Of a stretch of DNA of 64,000 nt, positions 36,431-50,519 are shown piece by piece. Each line of letters starts with the position of its first letter. The first letter of the stretch is position 1. This stretch comes from Camelus dromedarius (taxonomy: Eukaryota): NCBI RefSeq assembly GCF_036321535.1, contig NC_087472.1, forward strand, positions 98,768,001 to 98,832,000, read 5' to 3'. The notes under the pieces were generated by a model. It was given only the letters and a program-made list of their open reading frames with translations. It had not been told where the DNA came from and did not search any database. The translations under genes were made by a program, and so were the position numbers.

Positions 36431-39400
36431 GTATTATTCCCTTATTTTCATTCTAATAGCTTCATGAGTTCTAGCGATAGCCTCTGTTTCATTCCTGATA
36501 TTGGTGATTGTGTACTCTCTCTTTTTCTGTCAGTCTTGCTAGAGGTTTGTCAGTTTTCTTGATTCTTTCAAAGAACCAGCTTTTTGTTTTATTGATTTCC
36601 TCTTTTGTTTCCAATTTTCAATTTTATTAATTTCTGCTCTTATCTTTATCATTTATTTCCTCTTGTTTGCATTGGATTTAGTTTGTTTTTCTTTTTCTAG
36701 CTTCTTGCAGTGGGAACTTAGATTAATTGATTTGCCACTTTTCCTCATTTCTAATATAAGCATTTCATACTATATATTTCCCTCTCAGAACCTTTAGCTG
36801 CATCCCACATATTTTGACGTGCTGTATTTTAATTTTAATCTATCTTTAAATTTCCTTTTAGACATCCTCTTGGACCTATGGATTTTTTTGTGTGTTATTT
36901 AATTTCCATGTGTTTAGATATTTTCCTATTATCTTTCAGTTATTGATACCTAGTTTGATTCTGGTATGGTAGGAGAACATAGTCTGTATGATTTCACTTC
37001 TTCTAAGTTTGTTGAGGGTTACTTTATGGCCCAGGATACAGTCTATCTAGTGAATGCTCAGTGTTGAAAAAATTGTGTATTCTGCTGTTGTTGGGTGGAA
37101 TGTTCCATATATGTCCTGCTGGTTAAGTGTGTTGTACAGATTTTCTGTATCCTTGTTGATTTTCTATTAGTTTGATCTCTTGTTGAAAGGTAGATTTTGA
37201 TGTACCCAACAATAATTTTGGATTTGTTTATTTTTCCTTTCAGCTCTATCAGTTTTTGCTTTATATATTATGAGGCTCTTTGGTTAGGTATCTACACATT
37301 TAGAATCATTTTGTCTTCCCAGTATATTTATCCTTTTGTCATTATGTAATATCCGTCTTTGTTTTTTGTAGTTTTATTTGCTTTGAAGTCCTTTTTATCA
37401 AATATTCATATAGCCACTTCTGCTTATTTGTGATGTTTGCATGGTGTATCTTTTTCCATCTTTTTGCTTTCAACCCATATATGTTGTTGAATTTGAAGTC
37501 AGTCTCTTGTAAACAGCATGTAGTTGGGTCATGCTTTTTGAGCTGTTATGCCAATCCTGGTCTTTTGATTGGTTTACGTAGATCACTTACATTTAAAGTA
37601 ATCATTGATATTTTAGAGGTTAAGTATGGCATTTTATTATTTGTTTTCTGTTTTTTTCCCCACTAGTTCTCATTTATTTGTTTCTCTTTCATGTCTTCCT
37701 ATGTGTTACTTGACTATTTCTTAGGATTCCATCTTGATTTATTTATAGTGTTTTTGAACGTCTATAGTTTTTATAGCAATTAATCTGGTTGTCATAGTAT
37801 ATATATGTGATATCTACTGATACTAATATTTTACCACTTATAATAAAATATGAAATCATACTTCCATTTACTATTCCATTTACCATTTCATTTATACTCC
37901 CTACTTTTAAATATCATTGTCTTGAGCATCAGATTATAATTTTTGTTTTGATTATCAAATATTATTTATAAAACTCATGCAGATTTTTATTTTTAATACC
38001 CATATTTTTGCTCTTTCAGTTGTTCTTTCTTTCTTTTTGATGCTCTGAGTCCCTCTTGTTATTTCCTTTTTATCTGAAGAAATTCCTTTAGCCAGTCTTT
38101 AAGGGTGTATTTGCTAGTGACAAATTCTTTCAGTTTTCCTTCATCTGAAAATATTTTTATTTCCCCTTCATTCCTGAAGGATAGTTTCACCAGATATAGA
38201 ATTTGAAGTTGACACTTTTTTTTCTTTTAGCATTTGAAAAATGTTTGCCACTTCCTTCTGGCTTTCATGGTTTCAGATATCATTTTAATTAGTGGTCCTC
38301 TCTAGGTAATTTGGTGTTTCTCTTGGTGTGTTTTCAAGAGACTTTTTCTTTGTCTTTAGTTTCCAGAAGTTTAAATATGATGAGTATTATTTTTGGACTT
38401 ATCCTACTTTAGTATCAGTCAGCTTCTGAAGTTTGTAGGTTTGTGTCTTGCCAAATTGGGAAAGTTTTCAGTCATTATTTCTTCTTAAACTTTTTCAGCC
38501 CCACTCTATTTCTCCTCTCTTTCTATGATTCTGATGATAGGAAACTTGGATCTTTTATCATTGTCCTGCAAGTCTCTGAGGTTTTGTTTGTTTTTCTTTT
38601 TCAGTCTATTTTTCTCTCTGTTTTTCAGATTAGATAAATTCTATCACTTCTTCCTCAAGTTCACTGATTCTATTCTCTATCATCTCAACTTTACTCTTGA
38701 GCCCATCCACGAAGATATCTTTTAAAATTTCTTATTCTATTTTTCAGTTTTATATTTCCATTTGGTTCTTTTATAATTTTTTATTCTTTGCTGAGATTTT
38801 CTATTTTTTCATTATTTAGAAGAGAATTTGTAATTGATTGTTGAAACTTTTTTTAAGATGGCTACTTTAAAATCTTTCTCTGATAATCTCAACATCTGAC
38901 TCATCTAGTGTTGGTATCAGTTGATTATTTTTTCTCATTCAAGTTGTGATTTTTTTGCTTCTTGGAATTATGAATAATTTTTAAATTGTATACTTAATAT
39001 TTTGCTATTATGTTAGGAGACTCAGAGTGCCATTTAAATCTTTTATTTTAACAGGCTGTTGCCCTCTTTAAGTTTAGCAAGGAGGTCTTGGTCTACTTTT
39101 GTGGGCTCTAGTTCCGATGACAGTTTAATTTTCAGAGCTTTTACAGTAATTTGGTTTACTTGGTTTATCTGGTGTCACTGGGTCTCCCACTAGTCTCTAC
39201 TGATGCTGCTGAGGAGGTGGAAATGTCCAGTTTTTTTAGATGGGAGAGGAAAGTCAGTCTCAAGCTTGTGGGGATAAAGAGGCTCCCCAGGTTGGGCTGC
39301 TTTTTGCAGCAGCACCTCTCTACGTACTGCCTGGCTGGTCTCATAAAGTTTTAAAGTCTTTTAAAGTTATTTAATCCATCCTTTCATTTATTAATTTATT

Positions 39401-39830
39401 CAGTAAATAAATACTTATGGGCCACTCACTATAAGCTTGTCTCTGGAATTTTTATGATTCTCCAATTGTTGACAAATAAGAATTCATAAGTATTCTTAAG
39501 AATTACAATCCCACAATTGAAGTGGTTGTGGGAATGTAAGATCTGAAGTGACCTTAATCATAGTTTAAATTTAGCTAAAGCTCAGAAACAAAGGTCTAAC
39601 TTTATTTTTCAGAGGTATAGCTAAATGAGAAATGTAACAAGGGAACATTTGACTCAAGGGTATTATTCAATTATATGTTTTGTACTCCTAGTTTTACACT
39701 GTCATTCTAAGTATTTATTTGTCTTTTAGTGCATTTTATTATAGAAAATTCTACTTATCTTTCAAGACTATATCTAGCCTTTTCTGATTCCCTCTAGATT
39801 TGACTTGTTCTCTTACTATGCATTTGGTAC

Positions 39831-40190
39831 TATAGTGATTGTAAAAATGGCTCCAATCTTCCACTCCTCCCTGCATCCACTCCTTTTGTACTGATACTTT
39901 GCTGCTCCTCACATCAAGAGATGGAGCCTATATAATTACTCCTTAAATCTAGGTTGGCCTTGTGACTTTTCCTTGACCAATGAAATACAGTGGGAGTGAC
40001 AGTGGTCCAGTTTCAAGCATGGGCCTCAGGAGTCCTTAAGCACCTCTCATTCTTATTCCTCTGCCCTTTTCCATGAGAACTGTCTTGGGCTAGGCTGCTG
40101 GGAGATGAGCAAGCACAGGGAGCAGAGGTAAGTGGTTCCCACTAAGACTTTTGTAGACCATAAATAGCTGTCTTGCAAGTTGACTTCATG
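39831..40190 (+). mobile_element. MLT1H-like LTR fragment
   Basis: 'tttgctgctcctcacatcaagagatggagc...ggttggccttgtgactt...gaccaatg...ccagtttcaagc...gggctaggctgctgg'. Confidence 0.7.
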
Positions 40191-41509
40191 ACTGTCTCAT
40201 CCACTAGACATGTGTTTTTGGAGAGTTGGAACTATTTACTTCAGTATCCTTTGAGTCTGGGAAAATATCAAGTGCATAATGAGTAGCTGGCAAAATGCTA
40301 ATAGAAAGGATAAATAAACAAGTGATCAACATTGATGAGTTGGAAGACCAAAAGGAGGCAAAAACAAATGTGTTGTTGCATAGTGACAGTTTATTGCCAA
40401 TATAAGATTAATTGTTATTGGACAAAAGGAATGCTAAAATATGTGGTTAAACTGTGAGGCTATTTAAAGTAAATAAGTTTTTTAATTAGATTGAGTTAAA
40501 TATGGTTCTTCTTTGTAAAAACTTAATTAGAATTAAGGAAAACCATATCTTATTTCTCCAAAGAATATGTTATCTTCCTTAAATAATATCTGAAAAGTAG
40601 AGGGAAAGAAGGAAAAAGTATTATTTAGCCTTGATTTAATGAAAAACCTTTGAATGGAGAATTATTTTCAGCCTTAATATTATGCCTTTTGGTTTGTTTA
40701 TTTTTTAAATATGCAATAATTAGCTAATCTTGGCCATGTTCTTGTGAATAGTAAGATCTATTACCTACATTGCACAGTCGAGCAAGGTATTTAGACACAA
40801 ATAAGAACTCTTAGTAAAAATACAGAGACTACTCAGAAAGGAAGGCCTTGATGCTTTGCCATGATATGAGAAAAGATGGAAGGTGGTATCAATTTTCTTA
40901 GAAAATGGTCACTGGACACTTAACTTCCACTGTATTTTTATTATGACAGGACTTAATTTCCTACTGACATTTTTTTTCAAGAACAGTTCTGGATCATCTC
41001 AAGAGCAGAGGATTATAATTTGGTGGCTGAAGAGGCCTTTTTACTGCAATGAAAGAAAAAGGGTAACAGGGAATCAGAACATATTAATAAAAGGTTTAGG
41101 AATAACCAAGAGACAGAAAAGCTGGAGAGCAAATCTTTTTTCATCATATCTCTTTTCCATGCACTCTATGACCTCCATATTTATTGTGTTCTCTGAAATG
41201 TAGTGCTATATGTGTAATTAAGAATGGGTTCTACATGTGCTCTCTACTTGCAAACATGTAGTTGCTACCATGGCAACAGCAAGAGAACCAACATAAGAGG
41301 CACTCTCTGATTAATGTAATTACACAGCAAGCTGTATAATACCCTTAAACACCATTTATTTCTGCATGAAGAAGACATTAAAATGGGTATTATGTTCAGC
41401 AAGTTAACATCCTCAAATTCTTTAGGATCACATGGTTTTTATGACATGATTAAGATAACATTTATCTTGTTCATTCAAGATCATAGCCTAGGAATAGCTG
41501 TTGTATTTT

Positions 41510-41640
41510 AGTTCAATTCAATTCCTCAGAGTAATTGTTGAATGCCAACTATGGGGCAGAAGCTATTTGGACCTGCAAATATTACAACAATGTGTATGAT
41601 ATGACCACTGCTCTTAAAGACCTCACAGTCTAACAGGCCT
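41510..41640 (-). mobile_element. L2 3' relic
   Basis: 'ttcaattcaattc...ttgttgaatgccaactatg...ctgctcttaaagacctcacagtcta'. Confidence 0.55.
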
Positions 41641-41735
41641 AGATTATTACCAAGCAAAATAGGATTTTTTAAAGCATGGGGTGTTGCAGTAGACTGGAAA
41701 AACACTATTAATCCTTGTGAGTTGTCAGGGCATAT

Positions 41736-42349
41736 TGTATCAGTCAGGGTCTCTGCTGGAAACAGATGGCACACTTAAACTGGGTAATCTGAGAAGAGTT
41801 TAATAAAGGCACTATTTACAAGATATGGGCGGGGAACAGGGAAACTACAGAGTTAGTGGAATACCTCAGAAGATGGTCACAGCAAGGTACCATCAGCACT
41901 GAAGGGACAAAAGAAGAAGGTACAAGGGAACCTGGAAAGAAAGATGGACTGCATGATAGAAAAAATTTTTTTAAATTTCTTTTTTCTTTTTTTTAAATTG
42001 AAGTACAGTCAATTATAATGTGTCTATTGCTGTACAGCACAATATCCCAGTCATGTGTATACATACATATATTTGTTTTCATATAGAAATTTTCATTTTC
42101 AGTTGAGGTGGTGGCCAGTCATAGTCAGAGAGTTAGAGGAATAGATATCTGGACCTTTCTTTTTTATTGTCCTCTGATCTGCTGGTGCTTCTCCCATAGT
42201 CTGAACCTAACAGGAAACCAGAAGGTAAGGAAACCCTTTGATATAATTTATACAATTCAGTCTCCCAGAATACAAAGTAGGTAGAGAAGAGTGGAGAATA
42301 GATCTAGGGAGGAATCCGGAGCAGGGAAATTGAGGATATCCAGGATACA
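41736..42349 (-). mobile_element. LTR33/LTR41-family (ERVL) solo LTR, interrupted by an L1 3' fragment
   Basis: 'tgtatcagtcagggtctctgctggaaacagatggcacacttaaactgggtaatctgagaagagtttaataaagg' is the reverse complement of the LTR33/41 3' end. Confidence 0.8.
41966..42082 (-). mobile_element. Very short young L1 3'-end insertion
   Basis: T-tail followed by 'ttgaagtacagtcaattataatgtgtc...tgtacagcacaat'; flanking ATAGAAA at 41956-41962 and 42083-42089. Confidence 0.8.
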
Positions 42350-42739
42350 TGTACATATTTAGGCATACTCGCTAAGGGCACACACATGCATATGTCCATA
42401 CTCACATACCAGATATATATATATCTCCAAACTTTTGTATCTGCATACAGTGTCTATCTCTCTCTTCTTTTTGCTTAGAATGTCTCCAGATATTTTTATA
42501 TTTGTAGAAGATCATTGAGGTCTGAGATCACTTCTGTCTCCAGCACCATTAAAATTTCAATAAATATGACCCCATGCATCATTTTTCTCTCCAAGTGACA
42601 TATGGACTGAATTACTTATAGGTTGGGTGGTCATCACCGAACATTTCTAAACCACGCATCCATGACAGTATGCTACTATGGGAATAATCTGAAATGGGCG
42701 GAGACAGTCATTCAACAAGCAATTTTTAACATGTACTGA

Positions 42740-43143
42740 TTTCCTGAGTTTGTTTCATTGACTTGGCTAAAAAGAAACATCAGCATGAGATCATAGGACA
42801 TGAAGAAAGAAAGAAGTTGGGATATCTCTTCCCTGTTCCACCCTGCTTTTCACCTTGGTTCTGGCTGTGGTTGAGTCCCTCCATGGCTACAGCTTCTGCT
42901 GGGTGTTTCCTCCTCCACCGTTCCAGCTCTCACTGGTTTCTGTTATTAACTATTTCCTCCCCTTTCCCCTTCAATCCTAGGGTTGGTAATGGCTTCCAGC
43001 TATGACTCATCTCTGAATGCTTCAACCTTATTTGTTGTTTCCCTTAACCTCACTCACACATCTGAAAGTAGTCCTTTATTAAAATCTCCTCACTGAATCA
43101 TCTGAGTAGAATTCTAATTCCTGCCAGAACCTTAACTGGCACA
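42740..43143 (+). mobile_element. LTR33-family LTR fragment
   Basis: 'cccttcaatcctagggttggtaatggcttccagct...agtagtcctttattaaaatctcctca...ttcctgccagaaccttaactggcaca'. Confidence 0.75.
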
Positions 43144-44079
43144 TTTCTCCATTAGAAATTGCTAAAACCTACCATGCAGTTGAAAAGTAGATATGAATGA
43201 CTCTATTCCTTTTATAGGGATGGGAACAGTATGACAAGAAACAAGGCTTCTTTCCTGTCCATAGTCCTGGATTTTAGTGCCAATAAAAAGAGTTTCCCTT
43301 CTGTAAAATTTGAAATATAACCCAAACACTGTTGATTGTCTGGTTCCTGGTATATCAAGGATGCCATGAGCTATTCATGCATACTCTTATAAAGACATAT
43401 AATATGAGCAATATGTGACCAATTAATTTTGCTCACTATGTACTACTTAGTAACAGAATAAAATAATAAAAAAAGAAAATGTTTGTGATACTTAGTTCCA
43501 GGTAATATACTGATACTTCATAGAAGCCAAGGATAAAGCTACTCTTTGAGAGGGTAATTCCTCTCAAAGGCAAACTGATTCTTCTTGACCATCAAGCATA
43601 GCTTGCATGCAATCTTTCCTTTTGTTTAAACCTGTTTTTTAACTCCATGGTGATATGTACATTAAGCTTTCACTATTGTTTCCCTAGAAAAGAAATGCTC
43701 TAAAACTTGTTGGTCTACATGAAATTCCCAGTGTTAGTAAATAAGATTGGCCTCAGTGAAATAGATTTTCTGTCATAAGGTTGATATCAATGTCAAACTA
43801 ACCTGATGTGGATTGTTATCTATCAAGACAGTGACACCAGTATCTCCTCATACACTCCCCTCATTATAAGAGAAGAAATTAAGCCTCCAAATGGTGGTTA
43901 TACAGCTAGTTGGTTAGTTGGTGAGCAAGGGCAATGACTCAGGACTCTTAATTGCTAGCTCAGCATCCTCTCCCATACCTAGCACCTGCACAGAGCCCAG
44001 ACAATTAGAATCCTGAAAAATCAATCATTTTACTCTTCAGTCTCATCCCGTTGCTTGGCTAACCTCTTTTAGTATACTT

Positions 44080-44420
44080 CTTGAAATATGCAATTCCCTT
44101 TTCCTTGTGAAGCTATTATATTTCTGCATGGCTGTCCCTTACATTGATTTGAATCTGTCTTCCTGAAGCTTTCACCCACTGGCCCAAGTTCTGTCCCTTA
44201 GGGTCATAAAGAACAAGTCAAATCTAGCTTCCATGTAATGCCTCTTCAGATATTTGAGTTCAGTTATCAGATGTGTTTCTCTTGCCCACATGTTTTTCTC
44301 CAGAGCTTAATAGACAAATTCTTTAAGATGTTTCCCATGTAGTATGGTTTTAGGTATCTTGACTTCCAGTCTGTTTATCTCTATCCCCGAGCTCAAAGTA
44401 CGTCTCCAAGTGCTTATTAA
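44080..44420 (-). mobile_element. L3/CR1 LINE relic
   Basis: 'ttcacccactggcccaagttctgtccct...gaacaagtcaaatc...ttccatgtaatgcctcttcagatatttga...ttctccag' resembles recalled L3 sequence. Confidence 0.6.
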
Positions 44421-44929
44421 TGGTTGTGTTATCTGTGGCTGTGAGTAGGCTGCTATTTCTGTCCTTTGCTGGAAGAGGCGCTGTTTTGACAATGAATGGT
44501 AGGTGTTTCACAAGGCTAGAAGAAAAGGCAGTGGCACTGAATAGAGAAGATGAATGCAGAAATAATTAAGGATCCTAGGAACAAATTGCTAATATGACCT
44601 TGTATATCCTATTTCTGGTGCTGAGACTAAAAATATGTATCTATATATCTCCATCTATATTCAGAATAGAAGTCAGGGATGTCAACAGGATAGTTTATGG
44701 CTTTTCTACCTGTCACCAGACTCTCTCATGAATTATAACTCCCATTAGAATGACTGTAAATATGAAACGAACAAAAACCCTCTACTGAGCTAACACAGCC
44801 AATGATGAGACCATAATTTCTGAAGCTTCCTAAGCACAGTTCCATAAAGAGTTAACAAGAAGAGAAGAGGAGCGCAGCTAGTAAGGGGCAGCAAGTATTC
44901 AGTCCAAATAAAGCTATTTATTTTTTTTA

Positions 44930-45810
44930 GATGATAGATCATTGTATTATACTTAATGACATTTTTACCCTTGCTTTTCTTAGAGTTTTACCTTATAGTT
45001 ATGTTTGCTTGTTTTTGAACTTAAATAAATGGAATCATACGACATGATGTCTTTTGCAACTTCCTTCATTCTCTGATTTTTATGTCTTAGAGATTCATTC
45101 ACGTTGTGATGTGTAACTTTAGCTGATTCATTTTTGCTGCTCTATAGTATTCCATTGTATACATTCATCATACTTTATTTATCCATTTTACTATTGAAAA
45201 AAATTTTAGTTGTTTAACTTTTTGATGATATGAGAGCACATTTACTGCTATAAACTTGTACACGTCTCCTGACACACATGTGCGAGAGTTTCTCTAGATT
45301 AGTCCCTTTATTTATTTTTATCATTTTAAATTTTTTATGTTGAAAACTTTCAAACCCATGAGAAAGTTGCAAGAATAAATTAATCTTTATTCATAATTGT
45401 TACTTTTTGCTGAATTATCTGCAAGGAAATTATAGATGTGATATCTCTTCACCTGAAAATACTTTAGCATGTGTCTCCCAGGAATAAGACATTCTTTTAC
45501 ATAACCACGATACAGTTAACCAATTTCGGACATTTATCATTGATACAATAGCATTATTTTATAGACCACAGTCATTCAAATTTCTTGAATTATTTTATCA
45601 ATGTCCTTTAAATGATTTTTATTTTCCTGACCCAGGGTCACTTATTACATTTATTTGTCAAGTCTTTTTAGTCTTTTACATTAAGAACAATTTTTCAAAC
45701 TGACTTTTAGATTCATAATGTTGATTTTTTTGAAGAGTAGAGATCAGTTGTTTTGTAGACTATTTGAATTTGCCAACTATTTCATCATGATTAGATTCAG
45801 TTTATCTCCT
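44930..45810 (-). mobile_element. Ancient L1 3'-end fragments (L1ME-like, then L1MC-like)
   Basis: 'aaatggaatcatac...agattcattcacgttg...tagtattccattgtata' and 'gaaaagttgcaagaata...aatactttagcatgtgtctcccaggaataagacattcttttacataaccac'. Confidence 0.7.
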
Positions 45811-46289
45811 TTCTTTTTAAATTCTCTCCGTCAAGATTTTTAATTTTATATGTGAAATATTTCTAACAAAGAGTCCTCTCAATGCCTTCTGGAGTTATAT
45901 AAAAATCCAAATCTGCTGTAGATGTCTAAACAAGAGTGAATAGTTTAGGTTACTCGAACTATTCTCATTGACGTGCTAGTTTTAGAAAATAACAAGAAGC
46001 AAAACGATTTTTTTAGATTTAGATTTTAGATTTCTACATGTGCTAAGTGATTTAATTTTCTGAAGACCCCTAATTAAGAATTTATTCCTACAATATATAA
46101 TACAAAATCATTCTAACATAGTGGCCACCTCCTAGCAAAGGACCAGAAATGGAAGCACACACAATAATTTTCTAGTGCAACTGCCTTCTTGACCTTTTAT
46201 CAAGCCCAAGAACATTTCTTCTCCAGCCCTAATCATTATCCTGAGAGCTGGAATTTACTCACATTTCCTAATTTGAACTGGAGTCCTAT

Positions 46290-46580
46290 TACTGTGTGGC
46301 AAGCAGTATGTTAGGCATTATGGGAAAAATGGCGAAAATGCAGCATTTTTTCCCTTCAGGGGTTCATAGTTCAACTGGGGAGTCATATACCTATATAAAT
46401 GATAGTATAATGAGATAAGCACCTTAACTGCATTATGAATGAAGTGTGGTCGAAGCTCAGAATAGGGAGCAACTAACTATTTTGGAGTTGCATTAGGGTT
46501 GACTTTTGAGCTAAATCTTTAAAGATCAGTAAGGGATTCCTACACAGAAAAGAAGAGACAGAGACTATGTGCTAGGCAGA
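46290..46580 (-). mobile_element. L2 relic
   Basis: 'actgtgtggcaagcagtatgttaggcat...gacttttgagctaaatctttaaagat'. Confidence 0.5.
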
Positions 46581-48179
46581 ATTCTAGATACTTTGGAGGA
46601 AGTCTTAATCTAATAAAAGAAACAGACATAGATGTAAACTATAGTATGAGGCAGCTTGCCTGCCAGTCCTACTGTTCTAGAAGCACAAAGTGCAATGAAA
46701 AGACTGAGATGTTGAGATTAGTCTGACCTGGAGGAGTGCATGTAGCAGTGGGGAGTGCATCTTAGCTTTCATGTCTACAAACAAAATTCCTGTACAAACA
46801 TCTCTTTTTGTGTGGTCCAGAATATAATGTAGGTCAGTAAATTCCCTCAAAGAAAGTTGACCAGACAGCAAAACTGCCTGAATTACATTATATTAAAAAA
46901 ATCCATCAGTTCTACCTTTTGGTGTGTGGAGAACACTCAATGAATGTCTCCCTCCATTAACTTGGCATAGATGTCATCAATCCTAAGAATTAGATGAAAG
47001 GTCCAGCTAGGCAGTTTTATTTATAGTCCACTAAAATAACAACATATCATTATGTTCTTGTCAGGTTTAATAGAGGCAACTATAGGGTTTGCTTGTTTTG
47101 AAAATCATTCAAGCCCAATAATTACCCTCTATTTATTAAATAAATCAGATTGCTCACTTCATGGTCAGCTTTCTCAATTTTCCTCATATAAATGCCTAAT
47201 CATAAGCTGTGAGTACTTTTTAAGCTCTAAAAATCTATTTTGACATGATTTTAAGTTTCTGTCCTAAAAGGAACCCTCTTCCTAGTTAAAAATGCATTAT
47301 TTCTATTAGAGTTTGGTAGTCTTGTCAAATGGACTTACACATCATCCATTCATCCACTTATCAACCCATCTATTCACATCATCATTAATCTTTGGCAATT
47401 GCACATGTGTGTGGAGAGCTATCCTCAGGTTGTAGTCAATCTAGAACAACCTGATCCTTTTTGCAGGGGAATCTCACATTTCTTAGGATAACTCAAGGAG
47501 GTGGCCTTCCTGGTCAGTGCTAAAAACCACCCTTGTGCTCATAAACAAACCATCCTCAATCAGCCAGCCTTTTTTTATCATCAAAGCAAAGTGGGAAAAA
47601 CCAGTTCTCCTCTTTCACACACATTCCTGAAACCACATGTCACCATTTTTGACATTGTGTCCCCTTAATGATTTCCCTTAATGTTCACTGTGAACTGATT
47701 TGATCTGAATAAAAATGCATGAAGTGGAGGCACAAGGCAGGGTTTGTCTTTCCACTGCCAAGTTTCTGAGTGAACTGTACACCTACCTTCATCTATTCTT
47801 GCATAAGCATTTACAGAGCACTTAGGCCTGGGGATGCTGAAAGGAGCAAGCTGGTCTCTGCTTTTATGGACTGCAAATTCTAATAGAGGAAACCCAACTT
47901 TAATAGACTTGTTCTCAGAGGATATTATGAGAGCAGAGAGAAAAAGACCTTGTGACTGGGAGACTAAGTTTTGCAGAAAGACTAATTGGCCTGGGAGAAA
48001 AGCAGAATATACAAAACTTAATATCCCCCTATGAAATTCATGGTGGTGCAAGAGGGCATGGGAGTTAAACCTAATAGATATGCATGGCAAGATTATATTC
48101 TGAAACGTTATCCTATGTTTCTTTCCCTACTATTTCCTGCTGCTCATACTGATGCCTCATTCAAATAATCATTAGGGTA

Positions 48180-48569
48180 TTCCTGACAGATGCTGTCAGA
48201 ACAGAATTTGCAGAAGTGACTGGGATTTTTTGCCACAGTCCCCACTCTCTCTCTCTCTCCCCACTTCTCCCAGTGGGCAGCTCTTAATCAGTGACTGATG
48301 GAGTTAGAGGATAAATATTCCAACTCCTTTGCCCCTTGAGGGGGAAAACTCCGAGGAGTGACCTCCATTGTCTCCAGGGGTAAACCCTGGGTTAGAGCCA
48401 AAGTTACCCTCTTACAGGACTTAGCTTAATATTAAATTCTTGCTTGGCATCCTTCCTTTCCATATTCCAGTTCTTACTCTACTGCTTTTTTAGGGGAACA
48501 TGTTCTAATAAATTACTTTCACACAAATTCTCATCTCAAGGCCTGCTTCTGGAGACCCAACATAAGAGA
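48180..48569 (+). mobile_element. LTR16-family LTR fragment
   Basis: 'cagtgactgatggagttagaggataaatattccaactcctttgcccct...aataaattactttcacacaaattctcatctcaaggcctgcttctgg'. Confidence 0.75.
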
Positions 48570-49245
48570 ATATTTTATATTTACTACTCTCAGGGTACAG
48601 TTACTTCAAAAGAAATACAAAGGGGAAAGAAAGGAGTCAATGCTCAGCTTTTTAGGCTCAAAACAGCCTTTTGAGACTCCCAGAAGAGACAATAATGTTG
48701 AGAGTAAAAATTTTTGAGTTGAATAGTGTCAAGATCCAGAGCCTCAAAGGATTCAGGACACACAATTTATGACATAAATAAAAGACAAGAAAAAGTACAC
48801 AGGTCAGGTCAGTTTTTTCCACCTGCTTAAATTAGATAGTGTTCTCACAGATTGGTGTGAAAGAGTGGAGGATCAGGAGGTACAAATACTGAAGTACATT
48901 TTGGTGTGTGTCCCTGAGAATGGATCCTCATGTCTCATTCCTGAGAACTGGTCCTCAAACCCCCATCCTAGTCCTCTCCCTGAAAGGAATAAATAAGAAG
49001 CTGAGTTGGAGGAGGGTAAAGGATGTGTGGGGCTGTTTGGTCATGGGAAGGATGGCAGATTGCCCTGCAGATACTTGACAGTTGGAGACTAGAAGGAAAT
49101 GAGGATGCCTCAGACTCTACCAGCAGAGCTAGAGGATGAAGACTAGATAAGTGGAGCCTTAATTGTTTCAGTAGACCCCAGCCTGGATCCATTATGACAC
49201 CTAAATATCACCCACACTGTGGTACATCATGGCTTTTCTACTGGA

Positions 49246-49765
49246 GTGTGGTAGAAAATTTTGGTGTCCCATATCACACTCTTTTGGCTACCCTCAGATA
49301 TTAACTGCAGCTCTGGTAGATAGTTCTTGTGCATACTCTCAGCAAACTACTCTAAGCGTGCATGTAAAATTTACTTTTTACTGTTTTAGGATTTTTTTTT
49401 TTTTTGAAGATGTGGGGGTTTTCTCAACCTGCATGCAGGATAGACCAGAAGTACAGGCCAATTAATACCTCCAGGGGAAGTACTCAACCAATGAAGAGTG
49501 GGATTTGGAGGATAAGTGCTCCAATTCCAGCACCCTATTTTTCAGAGAGAATTATGGGTTGCATTCTAACCAGCTGTTAAGGGGTTGCAGTGGAATAGAG
49601 CCCCAGTTGCCAACACCTCGATAACAGTTTACTGTGTTTTTCTTCTCCCATGTCTCACCCTTCTTGCTCTCTCATTGTTGTTTCCCAAGATCGCATCTCA
49701 CGTAAGCTACCAGAATCCGATTCCTCATCTCAGATGCTGCCTTTAGGGTCACCCAAACTAAAACA
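49246..49765 (+). mobile_element. LTR16C-like solo LTR
   Basis: 'tgtggtagaaaattttggtg...ctcaaccaatgaagagtggga...tcctcatctcagatgctgc...cccaaactaaaaca'. Confidence 0.75.
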
Positions 49766-50519
49766 TGTGGAGAAGCAGTAAGGGAAGAACTCTTATTTGA
49801 CTGAGAAAACCCTGAATTGAGCAACTTACCTTAAATTATGCAAGCCTAACTTTTTGCCATCAGAAGGATAAAGTTTCAAAATAGAAATTTAGTTCAGTTG
49901 TAGTGAAATAAAAGTTATATTTTTGCCTACCTCAATTCATAGTCTGTAAATATCTTATCCATATACATGCTAGTTGTCACTGACAAGCCCATTACCTCTT
50001 TTTGAGGAAAATCACCAGAGTCAAACCTCCATGCTGAGCGAAGGCATCTTGGTGAATAACAGCCACTTAATGGGCTGGAAATGGACACATGGCTCAAGAG
50101 CTGCCAACCCTGGTTGGCTCTCTAGTAATAGATGAGATTTGTGGCCAAAAACTGTACCTAGAAAAGTGATGACAATTAAGTGGGTCAATCATAGGCTCTA
50201 GCTTTCGCTTCTGAGCAGAAATAATGGAGACCATCAGATAATCAGTAGAGAGATAAGATATATACAAAGATAAAGAAGGCAGAGAATTAAAGAGTAGTGG
50301 TAGAACACTATTGCAAAGTTCCATAGAATCTTGCTGCTTAAGAATTGACCAATGGCTTGATGCCATAGGTCCTGAATGGCAGCTATTCCTAATTTTGTAT
50401 GAGATTCTTTTCTCCTATATTAACTTATAAAGTTTTACAATATATCCTAACTACCTTAGATGGATAGAATGTCTCTGTTTCCTGTAAACTAAAGAATCTA
50501 ACATACCTGTGTCCAAGGA

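Larger units (their letters stand above)
33062..39350 (-). mobile_element. Old near full-length L1 (L1MC/L1MD-like 3' end) with nested insertions
   Basis: 3' end 'ttttatttgagataattttagatcaca...aatggtaacatcttgcaaaactatagta'; RT remnant ORF 34940-35131 (DEMIIYVGNP); ORF1-like region ~38100-38900; the 5' boundary is approximate. Confidence 0.85.

Noticed and set aside
43544..43569. Hairpin CTTTGAGAGG-gtaatt-CCTCTCAAAG
   Set aside because: A single 10-bp stem is plausible by chance in 64 kb, is too short for a pre-miRNA and has no supporting context.
47665..48090. 141-aa minus-strand ORF in non-repeat DNA
   Set aside because: No recognisable homology, codon pattern or exon structure.
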